DNA of 64,000 nt from an uncultured Candidatus Saccharibacteria bacterium. Its GTDB lineage: Bacteria > Patescibacteriota > Minisyncoccia > Minisyncoccales > CAYZYK01. Numbering within the stretch: the first letter of the stretch is position 1; each line of letters begins with the position of its first letter. The stretch covers positions 33,912 to 97,911 of the forward strand of contig CAZDPT010000001.1 in assembly GCA_964507665.1 (NCBI GenBank), written 5' to 3'. Below the pieces are notes generated by a model that saw only the letters and a program-made list of their open reading frames with translations, searched no databases and was not told the origin of the DNA. Of the stretch, positions 57,675 through 64,000 are shown in pieces. The translations under genes were made by a program, and so were the position numbers.

Positions 57675-57745
57675 ATTTACTAAATTTATTTTTTTAATAA
57701 GAGTTGACCTTTGATTTAAAAATTTTATATCTCAATAAATTGAGA

Positions 57746-58189
57746 TTATTGTCCTAAAATTTCATCTAATTTTTTCTCTATTTCATCTAGTTTCCCTTTT
57801 TCTTTTTCTCGGTCTTTCTTTTTAGCGCTCTCAACGGAGGTAGCTTGAGTTATTCTTTCTTTAAATGAAGTTTTACTAGATACTCCAACTCGCTTTTTTT
57901 CTGGTTTTTTAATAGAAAGAATAAAACGTAAAATTTTATTATTTGTTTTAATCTTTTGTTTTAAATCTTTTATTTTTTGAGGATTGAAATAAAAATTAAT
58001 GTTCATTAAATAGACCCTTCTTTGATCTTTTATCGGATAAGCAGATGTCTTTTTAATAGGAGAGGTTGAGTCCACTATTGTGGCTCCTTTTTCTTTTTGG
58101 ATAAGAGAGGTAATTTCTTCTGTTATTTCTTTTACTTCTTCTTCAGAATGATCTTGAGAAATGAGATAAGTGAGTTGGTAAGGTTTCAT
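57746..58189 (-). CDS. rpsF: 30S ribosomal protein S6
   Basis: YQLTYLI, AYPIK, ILRF; rpsF-ssb-rpsR synteny. Confidence 0.9.
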   Translation of the reverse strand: MKPYQLTYLISQDHSEEEVKEITEEITSLIQKEKGATIVDSTSPIKKTSAYPIKDQRRVYLMNINFYFNPQKIKDLKQKIKTNNKILRFILSIKKPEKKRVGVSSKTSFKERITQATSVESAKKKDREKEKGKLDEIEKKLDEILGQ

Positions 58190-58200
58190 AATATTTAATA

Positions 58201-59298
58201 TTAAATCTTAAACTCAATAACATCTCCGTCTTGAATTATGTAATCTTTTCCCTCAGTTCGAATCCAACCATTTCTTTTTGCTTTTTGCCACTCTCCAGCT
58301 TTTATTAGTTTCTTCCAGAAAATTACTTCGGCTTTAATAAATTTTTCCTCAAAATCGGAGTGTACAATTCCTGCTGCTTTTTTACAGCTTTCTCCCTGAA
58401 CAAGAGTCCAGGCTTTGGCTTCTTTTAGCCCCACAATAGTATAGAAAGTAATTAAATCAAGAATATTATAGCAAGTAACTATCAAAGAATCAAGATGAGA
58501 TTTGAGTTTAAGTTCTTTTTTGTCTTGTTCTGATAATTCAGAAATCTCTTTTTCTATTTTAAGATCGAGAGATATAGTAGAGGAAAATTCTGATTTTATT
58601 TCATTAATTTCTAAATTTTCAGATTTTTCTTCTGCTTTTTTGTTGAAAACATAAAGGGTTGGCTTTTGAGTTAAAAATTGATACTCTTCTATTAAAGAAT
58701 CTCCCTCTGTGTTTAAATTAAGTTCAGAAATCTTTTTTCCTTCAGATAAAGTTTTTTCAATTTTTTCTAAAATTTGGACCTTTTTAGATATTTCTTTATC
58801 TTGAGTTTTTTTCTTTAATTTATTAAGGGATTTTTGACACGTTTCTAGGTCTTTCATTATCATTTCAGTTTTTATAATCTCAATATCTGTTTTTGGTCTT
58901 GGAGGTTGGGAAAGATGATATTGAATTTCTTGAGAATCTTGGTTCTGACTATTATCTTGTTGGTTTTCAGATATTGAGAAGCAGCGTACTACCTCTAAAA
59001 TTGCATCGCATTCTCTAATATGAGCTAAAAATTGGTTACCTAGCCCTTCTCCTCGGTGAGCTCCTTTTACTAATCCTGCAATATCAACGAACTTTATTAC
59101 AGTTGGAGTTATTTTTTCAGCTGACACAATTTCTGCTATTTTTTGTAATCTCCTATCGGGAACAGCAACTATACCTATATTGGGATGAACTGTAGTGAAA
59201 GGATATTCACCGATATCTACACTTTTTTGAGTTAAAGCAGAAAAAAGGGTAGACTTACCCACATTTGGAAAACCAACAATGCCAATAGAAAAGCTCAT
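58201..59298 (-). CDS. ychF: Obg-like ATPase YchF
   Basis: GIVGFPNVGKST, YPFTT, DIAGLVKGA..GEGLGNQFL, GKDYIIQDGD. Confidence 0.95.
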   Translation of the reverse strand: MSFSIGIVGFPNVGKSTLFSALTQKSVDIGEYPFTTVHPNIGIVAVPDRRLQKIAEIVSAEKITPTVIKFVDIAGLVKGAHRGEGLGNQFLAHIRECDAILEVVRCFSISENQQDNSQNQDSQEIQYHLSQPPRPKTDIEIIKTEMIMKDLETCQKSLNKLKKKTQDKEISKKVQILEKIEKTLSEGKKISELNLNTEGDSLIEEYQFLTQKPTLYVFNKKAEEKSENLEINEIKSEFSSTISLDLKIEKEISELSEQDKKELKLKSHLDSLIVTCYNILDLITFYTIVGLKEAKAWTLVQGESCKKAAGIVHSDFEEKFIKAEVIFWKKLIKAGEWQKAKRNGWIRTEGKDYIIQDGDVIEFKI

Positions 59299-59402
59299 AG
59301 TTTAAGATATATATAGATGATAACTTTCGATTATCTTATTGTCAACTTTCAATTGCGTTTTTAAGGTTGTAAAAGTTTCTAAAAAAAATATATAATACTT
59401 AT

Positions 59403-60335
59403 ATGTTGAGAACAATAACTACAATTGGTGGAGGAACAGGCCAATATACATTATTGAGAGGCCTGAAGAATTATGATATTAATTTGACTGCTATTGTCTC
59501 TATGATGGATGACGGGGGAAGTACAGGTAAACTCCGAGATGAATTTGGAGTTTTACCCCCTGGTGACTTAAGAAGGTGTTTGGTGGCTTTATCTCGAGAA
59601 TCTAAGAGTCTGAGAGAGCTTTTTGAGTATCGGTTTGGGAAAGACTGTGTAGGAAACATGATACTGGCTGCTCTACAAGAAATTGTAGGTAAAGAAAGAT
59701 ATGTTCAGGAGGCAGCCAGAATTTTGAACACTTCAGGAACTGTTTTTCCTATCACCACAGATGAAACAAATATTTTTGGCAAGACAAACAAAGGTAAAGA
59801 ATTAAAGGGTCAATTGGAGGTAAGTTATAATATTGATGAAGATGAGGTGATAGAGAAGATTTGGTTGGATCCTGAGGCTTTTATTTCAGAGAAAGCTGCT
59901 GGAGCTTTAAGGAAATCCGATTTAATAGTTATTTGTCCAGGAGATTTATTTGGGAGTATTATACCTAATTTCTTGGTAAAAGGATTCAAGAAAGCTCTCA
60001 AGAATTCTGAGGCTAGAATTGTATATGTTTGTAATTTAGTAACCAAACAAGGTTCTTATGAATTTGGAGCAAGTGACTTTGTGAAAAAAATTGAAAAATA
60101 TATTAACAGAAAAATAGATATCCTTGTTTTAAATAAGAAAAAGCCCACTCAGAAAATTGTGGATAAGTATAAGGGAGAGAATTCTTATTTCGTAACTCCT
60201 GATCTAGATAAAATCAATACAGATATAATTAAAGGAGACCTTTTACTAGAACACAAATCAAACGGAAAAATAATTGCTCGACATGATCCTGACAAAACAG
60301 CGAAGTTAATTATGAAACTTTATAATGAAAAATAA
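59403..60335 (+). CDS. yvcK: YvcK/GlmR (CofD-like) family protein
   Basis: IGGGTG, DDGGSTG.LR, PPGDLRRCL, PGDLFGSIIP, RHDP. Confidence 0.88.
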   Translation: MLRTITTIGGGTGQYTLLRGLKNYDINLTAIVSMMDDGGSTGKLRDEFGVLPPGDLRRCLVALSRESKSLRELFEYRFGKDCVGNMILAALQEIVGKERYVQEAARILNTSGTVFPITTDETNIFGKTNKGKELKGQLEVSYNIDEDEVIEKIWLDPEAFISEKAAGALRKSDLIVICPGDLFGSIIPNFLVKGFKKALKNSEARIVYVCNLVTKQGSYEFGASDFVKKIEKYINRKIDILVLNKKKPTQKIVDKYKGENSYFVTPDLDKINTDIIKGDLLLEHKSNGKIIARHDPDKTAKLIMKLYNEK

Positions 60336-60343
60336 TTTATTTT

Positions 60344-61693
60344 ATGAACTCTGATGATACTATCTTTAAAACTTATGATATTCGAGGAATTTACCCAGAT
60401 CAACTTGATGAGGAAAAAGCTCAAAAAGCTGCTAGAGTTTTTGGAAAAATTACAGGAGTAAAAAGAGTAGTTATAGGAAAAGATACAAGGAATTCATCAT
60501 CCAAGATAGCCAAAGCTGTAATGGAAGGTTTAATTCAGCAAGGAATTGATGTTTTTGATATTGGAGAAATATCGACTGATTGTTTGTACTTTTCTTTAAT
60601 GAATTACAATTGTGATGGAGGGATAATGATAACTGCCAGTCACAATCCTCCTCAGTACAACGGACTTAAAATGATGAGGAGAGATAAAGAGGGGCCCCTG
60701 CCCATATCTGGAAAAAAAATTGGTAGTGAATTTAATAAAGAAATTAATTCCGTCTCTCCAAAAGGAAAAATCCAAAAAATGGACATTTGGGGAGATTATA
60801 TAAAACATCTTTTTTCTTTTATTGAAACGAATAAGGTTAAACCCTTTCGGGTTGTGATAGATACCAGTTGTGGAATGGCTGGAAAAGTTATTCCACAAAT
60901 TCAGGACAGATTACCTATAAAAATTATTCCTTTAAACTTTGAATTAGATGGAGATTTTCCTGCTCATTCTCCAAATCCTTTAGCTGATAAAGCGACTGAT
61001 CAGATAATAAAAACAATTAAAAAAGAAAAAGCCGATCTCGGCTTTATTTTTGATGGTGACGCAGATAGGGTTTTGTTAATAGCAGAAGATGGAACTCCTG
61101 TTCCAGCTGATATTACCCTTCTATTATTAGCTAAATCTTTCTTAGAAAACTCAGAAAAATTTTCCGAATCAATTGTTTATAATCTAACCTGCTCTCGAGC
61201 TGTCCCCGAATTTATCAGAAAGTGGGGCGGAAAACCTGTTCGTTCTCCAGTTGGATATATTAACCTTTGGGAAAAAATGCGAGAAGTAAAAGCTATTTTA
61301 GGCGGTGAAACTTCAGGGCATTTTGCCTTCAGAGATAGTTTTTATTCAGATTCTGCTTTTATTGCTTTTCTTCGCTTGCTTGTGGTAATTTCAGGAAATA
61401 AAAAAAAGTTGTCACAATTAGTTAATAAACTTCAACCTTATTTTAAACCTCCAAAAACAAATCTAGAAATTAAAAATAAAGAAGAAATTTTAGAAGAAAT
61501 TAAGAAAAAATATTCAGATGGAAAACAAGATTATTTAGATGGGGTTACAGTGGGATATAAAGATTGGTGGTTCAATGTTCGTCCTTCAAACACAGAACCT
61601 CTTTTGAGAGTTACAATTGAAGCAGATAACAGGGAAATTTACAAAGAAAAAAAAGAGCAACTAATCTCTTTTATTAAAACTCAGTCTAAATAA
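60344..61693 (+). CDS. Phosphomannomutase/phosphoglucomutase
   Basis: FKTYDIRG, ITASHNP, DGDADR, GGETSGH, RPSNTEP. Confidence 0.93.
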   Translation: MNSDDTIFKTYDIRGIYPDQLDEEKAQKAARVFGKITGVKRVVIGKDTRNSSSKIAKAVMEGLIQQGIDVFDIGEISTDCLYFSLMNYNCDGGIMITASHNPPQYNGLKMMRRDKEGPLPISGKKIGSEFNKEINSVSPKGKIQKMDIWGDYIKHLFSFIETNKVKPFRVVIDTSCGMAGKVIPQIQDRLPIKIIPLNFELDGDFPAHSPNPLADKATDQIIKTIKKEKADLGFIFDGDADRVLLIAEDGTPVPADITLLLLAKSFLENSEKFSESIVYNLTCSRAVPEFIRKWGGKPVRSPVGYINLWEKMREVKAILGGETSGHFAFRDSFYSDSAFIAFLRLLVVISGNKKKLSQLVNKLQPYFKPPKTNLEIKNKEEILEEIKKKYSDGKQDYLDGVTVGYKDWWFNVRPSNTEPLLRVTIEADNREIYKEKKEQLISFIKTQSK

Positions 61694-61715
61694 TAATTTT
61701 TATAATTTAATAAAG

Positions 61716-61744
61716 CAAAGGTGGTTCTCGGGGAACCACCTTTG
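61716..61744. terminator. Hairpin terminator between convergent genes
   Basis: CAAAGGTGGTTC-TCGGG-GAACCACCTTTG. Confidence 0.8.
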
Positions 61745-61755
61745 TGATATATTAT

Positions 61756-62235
61756 TTAGAGCGGCCTGATTACTGTTTTTACAGAGGGGTCAGAGAATAG
61801 ACCACCACTTCTTCGGGTAGTTTCAGCTACCATACCGCGTCCTTGACGCGCAAATTCTTGGGCGGGCCCTCCTGTAATCTTAGCGTGAGTTTCATCGAGT
61901 GAGCGTTTAAGTAACAGGTCGTGTGCTAATTCAGGAGATTCTCTTGCTAGGGTTGTTACTGGACTTTCAGGAGGAGGAGGAGTATAAAGAGAAGGATAGG
62001 AACTAGAACGGAGAACGGGTAGAGAACTTCTTGTTGGTACAGGCAGCATTTCTTTCTCCTTTCTTTTTGAAGGTTCTTTTTTCTTTATGCCTTTTTCGCC
62101 CATGAACTTAGGTATCACTAATGCAACCATTATCATTGAAAAACCCAAGAGAGGAAGGATCATCAACCATATCATCATGCCCCCTATTAAAACAAGTAAA
62201 ATAAGGAAGCCTATTGTGCGATTTTTAATTTCCAT
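61756..62235 (-). CDS. Hypothetical membrane protein (ORFan-like, Pro/Ser-rich)
   Basis: Two N-terminal TMs, AGGAGG SD, own promoter. Confidence 0.7.
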   Translation of the reverse strand: MEIKNRTIGFLILLVLIGGMMIWLMILPLLGFSMIMVALVIPKFMGEKGIKKKEPSKRKEKEMLPVPTRSSLPVLRSSSYPSLYTPPPPESPVTTLARESPELAHDLLLKRSLDETHAKITGGPAQEFARQGRGMVAETTRRSGGLFSDPSVKTVIRPL

Positions 62236-62290
62236 GGATTTTTCCTCCTATGAAATTTTACAAAGAGCAAGCAGCGTTTTTTCTATTATC

Positions 62291-62319
62291 ATTATAGATT
62301 TTTTATTTCTCTTTGTCAA
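62291..62319 (-). promoter_or_regulatory. Consensus sigma70 promoter
   Basis: TTGACA (62319-62314), 17 bp spacer, TATAAT (62296-62291). Confidence 0.85.
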
Positions 62320-62378
62320 ATCTAAAAAAATAAAAACAGATTTTCATTTCTGTTTTTGATTTTTACTTCTGTGTAGTA

Positions 62379-63356
62379 TTAGACCAATCCCATTTTTTTT
62401 CTAACTTCTTGTATTGTTTTTTGAGCAATTTTTTTAGCTTTTTTTGCACCTTGATTGAGAACTTTTTTAATATAATCTTCTTTTTTTGATAATTCTTTCC
62501 TCTTTTCTCTAAAGGAGCCAAGAGAGTTAATTAAAAGTTGAGACAAAGATTTTTTAAATTCGGCGTACCCTTTGTTTTTAAACTCTTTTTCTATTTCTTC
62601 TATTTCTTTGTTTGAAAACAAACTGTAAATTAAAAGGAGGTTGGAGATACCTGGTTTAGTTTTTGGGTTGTATTTAATTTCTTTTCCAGTATCTGTTTTG
62701 GCTGACATTATCTTTTCTTTAATTTCTTTTTGGGAATCAAACAAAAAAATACAACTCTTTTCTTTATCGCTTTTTGACATTTTATTCCTAGGATTCTCCA
62801 AACTCATAATTTTAGCACCCTTTTTGGGAAGTAAGGGCTCTGGCAAAGTAAATGTTTTCCCGAATCTATTGTTGAATTTTCGGGCAATTGTCCTAGTTAA
62901 TTCTATATGTTGAACTTGATCTTTCCCGACCGGTACTTTTTCTGTTTTGTAAAGCAAAATATCAGCTGCTTGCAAGACAGGGTAATTTAAAAGACCCGCA
63001 TTTATATTCTTTTTGAATTTTTGTGATTTTTCTTTGTATTGAGTCATCCTTTTAAGCTCAGAAACAGGACAAATCGTGTTTAATAACCAAGCTAACTCCG
63101 GGTGTTCTTTTAGATGCGATTGAACAAAGAAAATGCTTTTTTTAGGATTAATCCCTGCTGCTAGGTGGGCTTTGGTTGCTTCTAGAATATTCTCTTGGAG
63201 TTTTTTGGGATTGTAAGGTACGGTCAAGGAGTGTAAGTCAGCAATAAAAAAAATACAGTCATTTTTTTGTTGTAATTTGACCCAATTTTTTATAGCTCCC
63301 AAGTAATTTCCTATATGTATTTTTCCTGTGGGTTGAATACCGCTTAATATTTTCAT
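62379..63356 (-). CDS. trpS: Tryptophan--tRNA ligase
   Basis: SGIQPTG..HIGNYLGA, YPVLQAADIL, VPVGKDQ, KMSKS. Confidence 0.97.
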   Translation of the reverse strand: MKILSGIQPTGKIHIGNYLGAIKNWVKLQQKNDCIFFIADLHSLTVPYNPKKLQENILEATKAHLAAGINPKKSIFFVQSHLKEHPELAWLLNTICPVSELKRMTQYKEKSQKFKKNINAGLLNYPVLQAADILLYKTEKVPVGKDQVQHIELTRTIARKFNNRFGKTFTLPEPLLPKKGAKIMSLENPRNKMSKSDKEKSCIFLFDSQKEIKEKIMSAKTDTGKEIKYNPKTKPGISNLLLIYSLFSNKEIEEIEKEFKNKGYAEFKKSLSQLLINSLGSFREKRKELSKKEDYIKKVLNQGAKKAKKIAQKTIQEVRKKMGLV

Positions 63357-63367
63357 ATTTTTAGAAG

Positions 63368-64000
63368 TTAAACTTCAATTACAACTGGTAGAACCATCGG
63401 TCTTCTTTTTGTCTTGCTGTATAAAAAATTACCTATTCTATCTCTTAGATTATTCTTGATGTAACTCCAATTAACAGCTCCACCTTTGCCAGCTTTCTGA
63501 TTAACTATTTTTACAATTTTTTTTCTGGTTTGTCGGAGTAATTTTTTTGATTCTCTTAGGTAAACAAATCCTCTTGATATTATATCGGGGGAACCTTTTA
63601 CCTTTCCAGTTTGTCCATCAACCACAACTACAATAACAAACATTCCATCTTCAGCCAAGTTTTTTCTGTCTCTTAAAACTATCTTTCCAACATCACCAAT
63701 TCCTAATCCATCTACCATGATGTAATTTGAAGGAACCTTTTTCTTTCTTATAGAAAAGTTTGATCTGGTGACATCAATTACATTTCCGTTTTCTGCTAAG
63801 ATAATATTCTTTTTGGAGATTCCTTTTTCTCTGGCTAATTTAGAATGAGCCACTAGCATTGAAAACTGACCGTAAGCGGGGAAAAAGAATTTTGGTTTCA
63901 TAATCTCTATCATTTTTTTGAGTTCTTCTTGGTGAGCATGTCCTCCTGCATGAATATCCATCATTTCATAATGATAGACATTAGCCTCTCTTCTATAAAA
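63368..64000 (-). CDS. rnj: Ribonuclease J, C-terminal part (5' end outside window)
   Basis: IHAGGHA, VDGLGIGDVG.IVLRDR..LAEDG, PDIISRGFVY, RRPMVLPV. Confidence 0.93.
   Translation of the reverse strand, partial: FYRREANVYHYEMMDIHAGGHAHQEELKKMIEIMKPKFFFPAYGQFSMLVAHSKLAREKGISKKNIILAENGNVIDVTRSNFSIRKKKVPSNYIMVDGLGIGDVGKIVLRDRKNLAEDGMFVIVVVVDGQTGKVKGSPDIISRGFVYLRESKKLLRQTRKKIVKIVNQKAGKGGAVNWSYIKNNLRDRIGNFLYSKTKRRPMVLPVVIEV

Noticed and set aside
60158-60166. DnaA box (TGTGGATAA) or oriC
   Set aside because: Single copy inside the yvcK CDS; no box cluster seen anywhere in the window.
1-64000. CRISPR array, rRNA, transposase, integrase or prophage; alternative genetic code 25
   Set aside because: No regularly spaced repeats or hallmark genes were seen. 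TGA terminates conserved genes (e.g. recA, ssb) and long ORFs are intact under code 11.

Overview
AT-rich chromosomal window with Lys-rich proteins and the standard genetic code (TGA is used as stop). Gene content suggests a Patescibacteria/CPR (Parcubacteria-like) bacterium; this is an inference, not a database result. Core genes: rpsA, gyrA (with a LAGLIDADG intein at the catalytic Tyr), valS, tsaD, recG, pyrH, glmS, ligA, rodA, rpoBC, ftsK, recA, rpsF-ssb-rpsR, ychF, trpS, partial rnj and partial ftsH, plus five tRNAs. There are two surface-appendage loci. One is a tandem array of nine TrbC/VirB2-like pilins with gene-conversion-like identical patches. The other is a type IV pilus/competence locus with Cys-rich, repeat-containing accessory proteins. 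Less obvious signals: (1) a recurring AAAGGTCG-type motif mostly 22-32 nt upstream of start codons, chiefly of pilus genes; (2) an HTH/Doc toxin-antitoxin islet bounded by a duplicated recG 3' end; (3) a frameshifted HTH-LAGLIDADG-like gene directly after tRNA-Glu; (4) a long structured rpoB leader ending in a terminator; (5) a GNA1-like acetyltransferase inverted next to glmS; (6) two GC-richer, self-contained ORFan cassettes with perfect promoters and Shine-Dalgarno sites, which host genes largely lack.
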